From the NCBI RefSeq assembly GCF_036971445.1, contig NC_091476.1:75206001-75270000 (forward strand): a DNA stretch of 64,000 nucleotides, written 5' to 3'. The position numbers were made by a program, and so were the translations under genes. The notes under the pieces were generated by a model. That model was not told the DNA's origin and did no database searches. It saw nothing but the letters and a program-made list of their open reading frames with translations. Source of the stretch: Narcine bancroftii. Taxonomy: Eukaryota. Positions 24,385 to 36,629 of the stretch are shown here, piece by piece (the first letter of the stretch is position 1; each line of letters begins with the position of its first letter).

Positions 24385-24945
24385 ATTTGGAGAACTGCGT
24401 GCAGTTCTGGTCACCTTACTTGAGAAAGGATGGACTGGCTTTGGAGGCAGTGGAGAGGAGGTTCACTGGGTTGATTCCAGGGAGGAGGAGGTTGGCCTAT
24501 GAGGAGAGATTGAGTCATCTGGGACCGTACTCTCTGGAATTTAGAAGAATGAGAGGGGATCTTATGGAATCGTATAAATGATGAAAGGCAGAGATAAGAT
24601 AGAGGTTGGTAAGTTGTTCCCATTGGTGGGGGAGACCAGAATGAGGGGACGTAGCCTCAAGATCCAGGGGAGTAGATTTTGGATGGAGATGAGGGGGAAC
24701 TGCTTTCCCCAGAGGGTGGTGAATCTGTGGAATTCTCTGCCCATTGAAACAGTGGGGCGACCTCAGTAAATGTATTTAAGACCAGGTTGGAGAGATTTTA
24801 CATCATCGGGGAATTAAGGGATATGGGAAAAGGCAGGTCGGTGGAGATGAGCCCATCATTAGATCAGCCATGATCTAGTTGAATGGCGGGACACGGTCGA
24901 TGGACCGAATGGCTGGCTCCTGCTCCTGTTTCTTATGTTCTTATT
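24385..24945 (+). mobile_element. CR1 3' fragment
   Basis: [23 protein letters not shown]; tail TTCTTATG. Confidence 0.85.
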
Positions 24946-25054
24946 TTAGTTTAACTATTTTTAGTTTATTTAACAAACTATTTTGATATAAAATACAAAA
25001 AAAACCAACAAATATTTATTAGTTAATTTTCACTATTTCCGCTGCATCGACTTC

Positions 25055-25305
25055 ATGGCTGGTGGGTGGTCAGGACACTCACACCCACTGCTTCGGCTGG
25101 TGGGTGGACAGGACACTCACACCTCCACTGCTTCAGCTGGTGGGTGGACAGGACACTCGCAACTCCACAGCATCGGCTAGGGGGTGGACAGGACACTCGC
25201 AGCTCCAATGCATCAGCCACACCTCTGGGGGGTGGACAGGACACTAACAGCTCCACTGCATTGGCTGGTGGGTGGTAAGGACACTCGCAGCTCCACTGCA
25301 TCGGC
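25055..25305. repeat. ~40-bp minisatellite GGCTGGTGGGTGGACAGGACACTCGCAGCTCCACTGCATC, ~6 copies
   Basis: Visible direct repeats. Confidence 0.85.
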
Positions 25306-25612
25306 CGCACGGCTTAACACTTCTTTTGCATTTTATCAGAATTTTCTAATTTTGGCCAATGTAAACTTTATCCTTCAGCGACTTTGTTAGACTCATACGA
25401 GGCCGTGAGTTGTAGAATTTTATTCTTGGCCTTTTTTATCTTGTAAATTGTAGACTTCCATGTCACACGTTTCCAGTTTTGCCCACGCCACATTCTAGTT
25501 TCTTAATTATTTCAAATTTCTCACTCAGTTTCAACATGTTCCTCTCTCTCTCTCCACCCTGTGAAGTTTATCTACTTCAGGATCCATAATTATGGGTTTG
25601 TAAATATATATA

Positions 25613-26503
25613 CCGTATAAACTCATGTAATAGGCGAGTTTGGGGACCATTTTGCTGAGTCAAATTTGACTTTTACACGGGCCATACTTTTGACGGTGGT
25701 ACATACCTGTGTCGTTTAAGGCTTTGGGAGCTTGGATGGCCCTGACCAGGTGGTAAGTCCATGTTCGGGGTGTCGGGAATTTGGATGGGTGGGATTGGGT
25801 GGTAAGTCCGCGGCTGGGGTGTCGGGACCTCGGATAGGTGTGTAGCTGATATGAGGGTTTGCGGTTGGGGCATCGGGAGCTTGGATAGTCACTTGGGTGC
25901 GTTGGGAGCTCGGATTTGCAGGCGGCCGGGGCAAGGGTGGTAGGTCGAGGTATGTGATGATGTAATGGGAGGGGGGGGTGTATTATACTGACTGCTTCTC
26001 ATGTATTGAGTTGCTTGCTATTGGCTGTGGCTGTAGAGATGCTCCACCTGACTGGTATAACAGTTGGAAATGCTTCCCCCTTCCCCCACTGGCCAGTATT
26101 GTCTATTAATAAAAGCCCTGTATTAGTATTACACACTATGGCATATCAGGGAGTCAGGAGCTCGGATAGGCGGTCAAAGCATCAGCAGCTCAGATGGGTG
26201 GGACCGAGTGGTAAGTCCACGATCAGGGCATTGGGAGCTCAGATGAGCGGGCAGCTGGGGCAAGGATCCATGGTCAGAGCGTTGGGAGTTGAGATGGGCA
26301 GACCGGGCTGTCGGGGAGGTTGGATGGGTGGGACCGGGCGGTGGAGTGTTGGGAGCTCAGACGGGCTGGCGGCCGGGGTGAGGGTCCATGGTTAGGGCGT
26401 TGGGAGCTCAGATGAGCAGGCAGTCGGGGCCACAAATAGTCAGGGTGAGGGTGGGGGGGGGTGTCAATCTTTACATGGGCTCGAATATTACGAATATATA
26501 TGG
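25613..26503. mobile_element. Tc2/pogo-like non-autonomous DNA transposon
   Basis: TA-flanked imperfect terminal inverted repeats (TIRs) CCGTATAAACTC...GAATATATATGG; internal GGGAGCTCGGATGG repeats; related copies at 28841 and 52790. Confidence 0.6.
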
Positions 26504-27143
26504 TATGCTAAATGGAAAAGTAGGAGACAAAATTATGGCGTTGTCACAGATCGATTGCCCGTTTCAGAATGGTGACCGCGTGGTCACTTGTTCCCGCTGT
26601 GCACCTGTGGTGCTGACATACTGAAAAGTCTGAATTCTTGGGTGGTCTGGATTTCTGGCATCTGGGATTTTTGGACTTTCTGTGCAGGTTACCCACTAAT
26701 GGAGGCAGCCCACTGGAGAAGGGAGAGGGACATTCTGTGTTCGGACTTGGCCAACTGTGTGTCTGCTTACACGTGTGGAGCACTCTTCATGGCAACAGCC
26801 AGATGGTGCTGTCCTGCTGTCACGGGTAATGTGTGTGGGTTTGTGCGTCCCACACCCTCTCTGCAAACCCCTATGTTCTGCACTGACACCCACCCCCACC
26901 CGTCCCTCGGAGACCGGGGAGAGGCTGCCCACTGGCAGGAGACCCGCCCCCCACCCCCCATCCACTACCACATCCTTGCTGTTGGTTTTGCAGCAGTGGC
27001 AAGGGACATTGCCCATGTCTGTCCAAACGCACTTGCCTGTGTCACCCCCCCCACACCGTGTCGGTTCTCACACACTGCCTCCTCCCGGATTATCCTCATG
27101 CATTGCCCCCTCACATGTCCATCCCCACACACAGTGGGAGGTT

Positions 27144-27465
27144 CACACTGGAGCCAGTGTTGGAAGGGTGGCGGTCACTGGAGCCAGTGTTGGAAGGGTG
27201 GCGGTCACTGGAGCCAGTGTTGGAAGGGTGGCGGTCACTGGAGCCAGTGTTGGAAGGATGGCAGTCACACTGGAGCCAGTGTTGGAAGAGGTGGGGGTTT
27301 CCACACTGGAGCCAGTGTTAGAAGGGGCAAGGGGTTTACTCTGAAGCCAGTGTTGGAAGGGGCAGGGGATTTACACTGGAGCCAGTGTTAGAAGGGGCAG
27401 GGCGTTGACACTGGAGCCAGTGTTGGAAGGGGCAGGGCCTTCACACTGGTGCCAGTGTTGGAAGG
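27144..27465. repeat. ~30-35-bp minisatellite built on the near-palindrome ACACTGG-AG-CCAGTGT, ~10 copies
   Basis: Visible direct repeats. Confidence 0.9.
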
Positions 27466-27571
27466 GGATGGGGGGAGGGGGTTAGACTTCCGCGCAGAAC
27501 AGAGTGGAATCATAAAGTTTTATCATTCCCTCAATGTACAAATACCAATTTTACTTTATTCCTCATGCCAG

Positions 27572-27617
27572 CTTCAAGGGTGCCACGATCTCACCAAAAT
27601 GAACATTGCAAAAGATG
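27572..27617 (+). other. Candidate exon containing ATG (27599) MNIAKD
   Basis: tttattcctcatgccag acceptor, ATG|gtgagt consensus donor, A at -3 of the start codon. Confidence 0.45.
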
Positions 27618-28247
27618 GTGAGTGCTGTGCTAAATTTCCTTTTAAAACTATTTATCGTCAAACATTATTTGTCTCCAATATGTCAAATAACTGGGTATTC
27701 CTCTCTTCCACTGCGGGTGGAAGCTGTCTATATAAATGTCACACTGTACTTAGTCTCCCGCCAGTAAGAGTGCATTAGTCAGGGCATCGAGGGATATGAG
27801 GAGAAGCCGGGGACTGGAGCCAGGTGGGTCAGCTCATCCTTAAATTGGCGAGGCAGACTAGATGGGCCGATTTCTGCTCCTACATCTTGAACTTGGCAAC
27901 AGCGGAAAAGGAGAAGGGGGTTTGATCAGTCCCACCTTTCTGGGGCCTATGGAGCCCGTGGAGGGGATGGGGATGACATTCTGGCTGCGTTCGCCACCTT
28001 CTGCAGCTCCCGACCTCGACGGTGTGGTATATCCCACTTGGATGATTTCAGTGCAAGATTGGCCATGGTAAATTACCTCGGGAGTAATGGAAGTGGGACA
28101 GAGTTCGGTGGATTGGGTTGAGGAGGTGGGGTGGGGAGTTGATGAACATGTCAGATAGATTGGGTTGTGGGAAAAATAAGTGGGGGCATGGAATTGCTCT
28201 GTATATCCAGTACAGAGTAATGGAGTGAAAGGTCTCTGCCTATATTA

Positions 28248-29578
28248 CAGTGAAACCCTGATATACAACACCTATGGGGATTGGTAGATGCCGGATGTGT
28301 ATTTTCCAGTTGCTTGAGACTTAATCTTACAATGCCTAATTAATATACCTGCATTAAGAATAAACAGTTTAAAAGACAAAAGTACTTCACTGTCCTTACA
28401 TTGAATAAACTTCAGCTTCATGAATATATAAACCTTGAAGCATTTTACTTTATTTTCGGTCATATTTTTGAAAACATTTAACCATTGCTGCATCTGGAGG
28501 TTTCTCCCCCTCCGCGGAAACGCTCGAAAGACCAAGAGTAATGTTACAGATAATTAACCACCCCCCCCCCCCCCCCCCCCCGAAGTTTACAGATGAAGCC
28601 TCTTTTACTAAACAGGGATAAGGAGACACTTTAAGAGAGTCACCCCAACGGCGAGTGGCATCGACCCGCTCTTCATCCTGGGCGATGCCGTCGCTGTTTC
28701 ATGCGACTTTATCCAAACAGCTGCTATGAGCAGAGCCCGACCAAGGCCTCCAGGCTGGATATTTGCTTCCATCTTCACCACAGGTTGACATGTCACTTCA
28801 GGAAACATTTACAATTTTAAACATACATATTTTATTCTTACCGTATACTGTATCCATGTGTAATAGTCGATCCTGTGTAAAAGTCAAACCCCCCCCCACT
28901 ATTTTTTGCCACGACTGCCCATCATTCCGAGTTCCAGACACCCCAGCCGCCTGCCCATCTGAACTGCCAACCACCTGTCCATTTGAGCTCCTGATTAGCT
29001 CCTGATGCCCTGACCGCCTGGCCATCTGAGCTCCCGACTACCCATCCATCCAAGTTTCAGATGCCCTGACTGCCCATCCATCCGAGCTCCCAACCGCCTG
29101 TCCATCCGAGCTCCCGGTGCCTGCCCATCCGAGCTCCCGATGGCATGGCCACCTGCCCATCTGAGCTCCCGACTGCCCAACCATCCAAATTCCAGATGCC
29201 CTGACTGTGGATCCTCACCCCAGCTGCCGCCCATCTGAACTCCCAAAACCCTGACCGCTCAACCATTCAAGCTGTCATCGCCCCAACTGCGGACCTTCGC
29301 CCTGGCTGCTCTCCCACTGGAGCTCTTGACGCCCCCAAAAGTGCGCTTACAATCCGGTCCTGTCCATCCGAGCTCCTTATGCCTTGAACAACTCAGGTAT
29401 TTAACCCAGGCAAAAGTAGTATCCATGTAAAAGTCACCCCCCCCAAGGAAATTTGATCCGAAAAATTGGTTTCTGAAACTCGACTATGCATGGTATTTAT
29501 TTCAATTAAAAACATTTTTTTCCTCAATTATTTTTTTTTGCCAGTGCTTGAATTCTGGATAATGGGGATTTTGCTGTA
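28248..29578. mobile_element. Tigger-like DNA transposon relic with nested Tc2-like element (~28841-29495)
   Basis: TA-CAGTGAAACCC...GGGATTTTGCTG-TA ends; homologous to 52320-52790. Confidence 0.6.
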
Positions 29579-29711
29579 TATGGAGATATTCACCTGTTTC
29601 ATAGTTGAAGAGGGCTGACGGATGGACTCTGAACACCTGTTGAATTGTGTTTGTACCTCGAGCGGATTGCTGAGTCTATTAATGGTTAAGGAATCTTGCG
29701 TTTACCTGCAG

Positions 29712-29780
29712 GCTCTCCCATTCCTTTTGGATCCCGGAATAGCAGGGATCACTGGCTGACCAAGCGGACACCGTTAGCGG
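29712..29780 (+). other. Candidate 69-bp symmetric phase-1 exon (GSPIPFGSRNSRDHWLTKRTPLA)
   Basis: tttacctgcag acceptor, CGG|gtaaga donor; only the phase-1 frame is open. Confidence 0.45.
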
Positions 29781-30004
29781 GTAAGAGAGAGGTTTTTCCT
29801 CTGTTGTGGATGCGTGATTAGAAAGGGCAGGAAGATAGTGTTGGATCCATGAAATCTGTGCCGTAGAACATTACAGCACAGAAACAGGTCCTTCGGCCCT
29901 TCTAAACTGTGCTGAACTATTATGTGTAAATTGGGCGGCACGGGCTTGTGGGCCGAATTGGCCTTTTACCGTGATGTATGTCTAAATTTAAATTTTAAAA
30001 AAAA

Positions 30005-31880
30005 TCAAGAAGGCAGATGGAACGTTGGCCTTCGTCGCTGGAGGAATTGAGTTTAGGAGCCGGGAAGTTCTGCTGCCACTGGACCAGGTCCTGTTGAGGC
30101 TGCATCTGGAAAACCGCGTGCAGTTCTGGTCTCCTTACTCAAGGAAGGATGGACTGGCTTTGGAGACAGTGCAGAGGGGGTTCACCAGAGTGGTTCCAAA
30201 AGTTAGATTGGGAGCACGCAGTGTCCAAGGGGGATGGTGGGCGAGTCCCGGGACAAAGGGCCCCTCAGGGGATCGAGTGTGTCGTACATATTAATCACGG
30301 GATTTTAATTTGAAAATGTAAACAGTTAATTGCATCTGTTTAATAACTGCGTACATAACAAAGGGGTAGTGTTACTGTGAGTTTCTAACAATGTCAACAG
30401 GCTGTTTGTTTAAATGTGGTTCTGTGTATAGTTTGTGTGGGATGGAATTGTGGTTGTAGTTTGTACAGGTGGGGAAAGGATTCAGAACTTCTGAGGTACT
30501 GTCCAATTCCTCCTCCTCCCCTCAACCCCTTCGCAGAGGAGCAGAAATAGGCCATTCAGCCTATCGAGACTTCCCCGCTATTTAATCATGAGCTGATCCA
30601 TTTTCCCCATTCATCCCCACTGCCCGGCTTTCTCCCCATAACCTTTGATGCCCTGGCTAATCAAGAACCTGCTGTTCTCTGCCTTAAATGACCCGGCCTC
30701 CACAACTGCCTGTGGCAACAAATTCCACAGATTCACTGCCCTCCTGCTGAAGTAATTTCTCCGCATCCCTATTCTAAGTGAATGCCCTTCAATCCTGAAG
30801 TTGTGCCCTCTTGTCCTGCACTCTCTCACCATGGGGAACAACCTTTCTACATCGACTCTGTCCACGCCTTTCAACATTCAAAATGTTGCAGTGAGATTTT
30901 TCCTCGTTCTCCTAATTTCCAGAGTTCAGGCCAAGAGCCGTCAAATGCTCCACATACGATAAGCTTTTCATTCCTGGAATCATCCTTGTGAACCTCCTCT
31001 GAACCCTCTCCAACGTCAGCCCATCCTTTCTTAAACGAGGACCCCAAAACTGCTCACAATTCTCCATGTGAGGTCCAACCAGTGCCTCAACTTTGCATCC
31101 CCGATAAACCTCTGGTCAGGCTGCACTTGGAGTACCGATTTCAGATTTATTGTCAGAGTACATATGTGAAATCACGTACAACCTGGAGATTCTTTATCTG
31201 CGGGCCAGGCAGAATGACCACTTATCGGTAGTGCAAACAAAAAACTGTACATGGTGTACAGAAAGATGGCACAGTAGGCAGTAGGCGTAATGGTTAGCGC
31301 CATGCTGTTACAATGCCAGCTATCGGGACTGCACTGTCTGTAAGGAGTTTGTACGTTCTCATGTCTGCGTGGGTTTTCCCCAGGGGGCTCAGGATTCCAC
31401 CTACCCTTCGAAATGTACTGGAGGTGTAGGTTAACGGGGTGTAAATTGGGTGGCACAGAATTGTAGGGCCGAATTGGCTAAAAATTTAAACAAAGAAATG
31501 TAAACAAACCAATACAGAGAGAGAGAGAAAAAAACTAATTAAAGTGCACGTCAGAGTCCCCGATTGAGTGTGGCATTGAGTCTGATGGTGGAGGGGGAGC
31601 AACTGGTCCTGAACCTGGTTTGCGAGTCTTGTGGCCCCTAGACCTCTTTCCTGATGGCGGCAGTGAGAACAAAGCGTGTGCTGGGCGGGGTGGATCCTTG
31701 CTCTCCGAGGGCAGCGTTCCCTGTCGATGCTCTCGACGGTGGGGAGGGTTTTGCCTGTGATATCCTGGGCTGGGTCCACTACCTTTTGCAGGGCTTCACG
31801 CTCGGGGGGGGTTTGGTGTCCCGGTACCAGACCATGATGCAGCCGGTCAAGCCGGTCAGCGCACTTTCCCCCACACCTCT
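30005..31880. mobile_element. Mixed CR1 (30005-30200 +, 30535-31090 -), Rex1-like (-) and V-SINE fragments
   Basis: Family motifs as elsewhere in the window. Confidence 0.75.
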
Positions 31881-32194
31881 GAGGTCGTTGTTAGGATGGA
31901 GTTGCATTGTCCTGGATTACTTTGGGCTGCATTGCTTTGCCCCTGGGTAAGCTTGTCACGGACTGGATTGGAACGCCTTGAACTGTTTCTGCTTGCATTA
32001 GATTGGGATTGTACTGGTTTTTCTCAACAGGATTATGTTGTCTTGTGTTGAATGCTTTCCTTGTCTGTGGTTACACTGGGTTTGATTCTTGCATTGGACC
32101 AGGATGGTGTTATCTACGTACTGTCTTTGAGTGGATTGAATCACCACATTGCGTTGTCCTGGATATCCGTTCCAGAACCAGAATTTATTGGCAG

Positions 32195-32650
32195 AGAAAC
32201 ATAGGTGCAGGAGGAGGCCATTTGGCCCTTCAAGCCTACACCGCCATTCAATAGGATCATGGCTCTGATCAGTCCCCGGTTCCTGCCTTCTCCCCAGACC
32301 CCCCAATCCTCTTAGCCACAAGGGCCAAATCTAACCTACTCTAAAATATTGACAAGGACTATGTCCTGTGGCAAAGAATTCCACAGATACAGCACCCTCT
32401 GAGAGAAGAAATTTTTCCTCATCTCAGTCCTAAAAAACTTCCCCCTTATCCTTAAACTGTGACCCCTGGTTCTGGTTTTTCCCAGCATTGGAAACTACCT
32501 TCCTGCACCTAGTCTGTTTAATCCCTTAAGAATTTTATGTTTTTGTAAGACCCCCCTCAATCTTCTAAATTCCAGAGAGTACAAACCTAGTCTATCCAAC
32601 CTTCCTTCATATGCAAATCCTTCCAGTCTAGTGAACCTTCTCTGCACCCC

Positions 32651-32688
<38 letters not shown>

Positions 32689-34858
32689 ATTTTTCACACC
32701 ATAAATCACAATAGCCATGATATACACTTTTTCTTTTCCACACATTTACAGTGACTTTTTCTCCCTCCCCCCTCCCTCCTCCCAAGCCACCCCCCCATCC
32801 CTCCCCCCTCTCATCCATTTTAGTTATACAATCTAGGTTGCATTAATTCAGTTAGACAATGTTGTCATTCAACAAAAATACACCAGAAATTCTACTGAGT
32901 CCATTTTTTTCTTCTCTTCTCCTTCCATCAACTTAGGTAATGTTTGTTCCCGGTAGGTTTTCGCTATTGTATTTAATGTAAGGCTCCCATACTTGTTCGA
33001 ATATTTCAATATTATTTCTTAAACTATATGTTATTTTTTCTAATGGAATACATTTATTCATTTCTATATACCATTGTTGTATTTTCAAATTATCTTCCAA
33101 TTTCCAGGTTGACATAATACATTTTTTTGCTACAGCTAGGGCTATCTTAACAAATCTTTTTTGTGCATCCTCCAAGTCAATTCCAAATTCTTTATTTTTT
33201 ATGTTACTTAGGAGAAAGATCTCTGGATTCTTTGGTATATTGTTTTCTGTTATTTTATTTAATATCTGATTGAGATCATCCCAAAATTTTTCTACTCTCT
33301 CACATGTCCAGATTGCATGAATTGTTGTTCCCCTTTCTTTTTTACATCGAAAACATCTATCAGATACTGTTGGGTCCCATTTATTTAACTTTTGCGGTGT
33401 AATGTATAATCTGTGTAACCAATTATATTGTATCATACGCAGCCTCGTATTTATTGTATTTCTCATCGTTCCAGAGCATAACTTCTCCCATGTTTCCTTT
33501 TTTATCTTTATATTTAAATCTTGTTCCCATTTTTGTTTAGTTTTACCATTTGTTTCCTCATTTTCCTTTTCTTGTAGTTTAATATACATATTTTTTATAA
33601 ATCTTTTGATTAACATTGTATCTGTAATCACATATTCAAGGTTACTTCCCTCTGGTAAACTCAAGTTGCTTCCTAATTTATCTTTCAAGTAGGATCTCAG
33701 TTGGTAATATGCCAGCGCTGTATCTCCCGTTATATTGTACTTATCTCTCATTTGTTCAAAGGATAAGAATCTACTTCCTGAAAAACAATTTTCTATTCTT
33801 TTAATCCCTTTTTTTTCCCATTTTCTAAAGGCAAGGTTGTCTATTGTAAAAGGGAGTAGCTTATTTTGCGTCAATATTAGTTTTGGTATTTGGTAATTTA
33901 TTTTATTTCTTTCTACATGTATCTTCTTCCATATATTGAGGAGATGGTGTAATACTGGAGAAGTTCTATGTTGTACCAATTTTTCGTCCCATTTATATAA
34001 TATGTGTTCAGGTATCTTTTCCCCTATTTTATCTAATTCTAGTCTCGTCCAGTCTGGTTTTTCCCTTGTTTGATAAAAATCTGATAGGTACCTTAATTGT
34101 GCGGCTCTATAATAATTTTTGAAGTTTGGCAATTGTAAGCCTCCTTGTTTATACCATTCTGTTAATTTGTCTAGTGCTATCCTCGGTTTCCCCCCTCTCC
34201 ATAAAAATCTCCTTATTATTTTCTTTAACTCTTTGAAGAATTTTTCTGTCAGTTGTATTGGCAATGCCTGAAATAAGTATAGTATCCTTGGAAAAATGTT
34301 CATTTTAATACAGTTTATCCTTCCTATCAGTGTTAGTGGTAGCTCTTTCCAATGCTCTAAATCGTCCTGTAGTTTTTTCATTAGTGGATTGTAATTGAGT
34401 TTATATAATTGGCCTAGATTTTTGTTTATTTGCACACCTAGGTATCTTATTGCCTGCGTTTGCCATCTGAATGGGGATTCCTCCTTAAATTTTGAGAAAT
34501 CCGCGTTATTCATAGGCATTGCTTCACTTTTATTTACGTTTATCTTGTATCCCGACACTTCTCCATATTCCTTCAATTTCTTATATAGTTCTTTTATTGA
34601 TAGTTCTGGTTCTGTTAAGTACACTATCACATCATCCGCAAACAGACTGATTTTATATTCCCTGTCTTTTATTTTTATTCCTTTTATATTATTATCTCTT
34701 CTTATCGATTCTTCTGCACCCCCTCCATGGCAAGGAGATCCTTCCTCAGGTAAGGACACTATAACTGCATGCAGTACTCCAGATGTGGTCTCACCAAGGC
34801 CCGGTACAGCTGGAGCAGGATCTCTCTACTCCTGGACCCGAATCCTCTTGCTATGAAC
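32195..34858 (-). mobile_element. CR1 3' fragment interrupted by an L1 (host parts 32195-32653 and 34713-34858)
   Basis: Highly similar to the CR1 copy at 53345-53860, which lacks the L1. Confidence 0.85.
32654..34712 (-). mobile_element. Young 5'-truncated L1-clade LINE (ORF2 RT C-terminal half plus CCHC domain; stop at 32933)
   Basis: About 590 uninterrupted codons with KISLFADD, GGLQLPN and CFRCKKERGTTIHAIWTC; A26 tail, AATAAA, 13-bp TSD TCTGCACCCCCTC (32641-53 / 34713-25). Confidence 0.95.
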
Positions 34859-34859
34859 G

Positions 34860-35560
34860 TGTCACAAAATTTGATGTTTAGTGGCAGCTTTCACAGGTGC
34901 AAACATTTCTACAAATCACATTTCAAAATGAATCAAAATAGTGCAAGAAAAGGAAAAGTCAAAGTGAGGACGTTGTCTGTGGTTCAGGAGTTGGATGGCA
35001 GAGGGGAAGAAGCTGTCCTTGTGCCGCTGGGTGCTCGTCTTCAGGCTCATGGACCTTTTCCCCAATGGTAGCAGAGTGAAGAGGGCATGGCCTGGGTGGT
35101 GGGGGGTCCTTGAGGAGAGAGACTGCTTTCTTAACACACCACCTCCTGTAGATGTCCTCGATGGAGTGGAATCTGGTGCCCGTGATGGCACAGGCCATCA
35201 ATCTAATGATGGAACTGGTCAGAAACCTCTCATGGTACACCTGTTGATGCTTTTGAGAATCTTTGGTGACATACTGAATCTCCTCAAATAGTCCCCAGGA
35301 AAGATCCTTTGAGATGTTGACACCCAGGAATGTGAAGTTCTCAACCCTCTCCACTACTGAGCCCTCGATGAGGACTGGGTCGTCTTCCCCTGATTTCCCC
35401 CTCCTTAAATCCACAATCATCTCCTTGGTTTTGGTAACGTTGAATGCAAGGTTGTTGTTGTGACACCACTCACCGAGCAGATCTATTTCCCTCCTGTACG
35501 CTCCCACATTGCTGTGATGTCCTCGGAAAATTTGTAGACAGCATTTGAATTGTGCCATCC
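34860..35560 (-). mobile_element. Rex1/Babar-like LINE fragment
   Basis: WCHNNNLAFNVTKTKEMIVD, HPGHALFTLLPLGKR..KDSFFPSAIQLLN. Confidence 0.85.
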
Positions 35561-35719
35561 ATTGGATGGTTTGGTGGGGGAGGGGGTGTTACGTCAGGTT
35601 GATTTCACTTGAACTAAGGTGTGTGATTATGAACTAGAATCTAATTTCTTCATTCACAGGTGGGACGGTTCGGTCTGTGTGGGGGGGGGGGTTTGGTCTG
35701 TGTGGGGGGGTTGGACTGG

Positions 35720-36212
35720 GTGGGGCGGTTCGGACCGGGTGGGGGGGTTCGGACCGGGCGGGGGGGTTCGGACCGGGCGGCGGGGTTCGGACCGGGCGGC
35801 GGGGTTCGGACCGGGCGGCGGGGTTCGGACCGGGCGGCGGGGTTCGGACCGGGCGGCGGGGTTCGGAACCGGGCGGCGGGGTTCGGACCGGGCGGCGGGG
35901 TTCGGACCGGGGGGGGGGGGTTTCGGACCGGGTGGGGGGGGGTTCGGACCGGGTGGGGGGGGGGTTCGGACCGGGTGGGGGGGGTTCGGACCGGGTGGGG
36001 GGGGGTTCGGACCGGGTGGGGGGGGGTTCGGACCGGGTGGGGGGGGGGTTCGGACCGGGTGGGGGGGGGGTTCGGACCGGGTGGGGGGGGGTTCGGACCG
36101 GGTGGGGGGGGGGGTCGGACCGGGTGGGAGGGGGGGTCGGACCGGGTGGGAGGGGGGGTCGGACCGGGTGGGGTGGGGGGGGGGTCGGACCGGGTGGGGG
36201 GGGGGGGTCGGA
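35720..36212. repeat. 19-23-bp G/CpG-rich minisatellite (GGTTCGGACCGGGCGGCGG, then GnTTCGGACCGGGT)
   Basis: Roughly 25 visible units. Confidence 0.95.
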
Positions 36213-36629
36213 ATGGGTGGCGCTGTTCAGACTGGGTTGCCTAGTATGGACTGCATTGGACTGTCTTGGTGTGGCTATTTCTAGCTTGGACTGTGGTATC
36301 AGTTGGCAGTATTGTGGATTGGTTGGTGTTGCCCCAGAGCAGGGTGCACTGTGGCAGATTAGACTGCCTCCCGTCTCTGACATTGCCTGTGCCCTGTCCA
36401 GGTTGTTCTGACTTGCATTGCCTTAAGTCATATTTAATGGGAGTTGCTATTGACATATGTGATTGGGAATGAATGTTTTGGGTTGCTCTCTCTGCTGCTT
36501 GCCTTGATGTCGGAAGAGGACAGGTTACCTTTGCTGGGCGGGGATAGGGGGGTGTGTCACCATGCTTTGGATTGGTTGGATGGGTTACCTTGCTGTCAGT
36601 TGAGTATGGATCACTTTGTGTTAGCCTGC

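Larger units (their letters stand above)
18901..24576. repeat. Direct duplication of ~2.4 kb (18901-21314 vs 22163-24576, offset 3262)
   Basis: Near-identical copies differing mostly by 1-bp indels, each preceded by N gaps containing the same 21-bp island. Confidence 0.95.

Noticed and set aside
27144-27465. CRISPR-like repeat-spacer appearance
   Set aside because: Spacers are short and related to each other, no cas genes, vertebrate context
34713-34759. N-terminus MSLPEEGSPCHGGGAE of the 608-aa ORF
   Set aside because: Derived from the host CR1 and TSD, a chance read-through into the truncated L1
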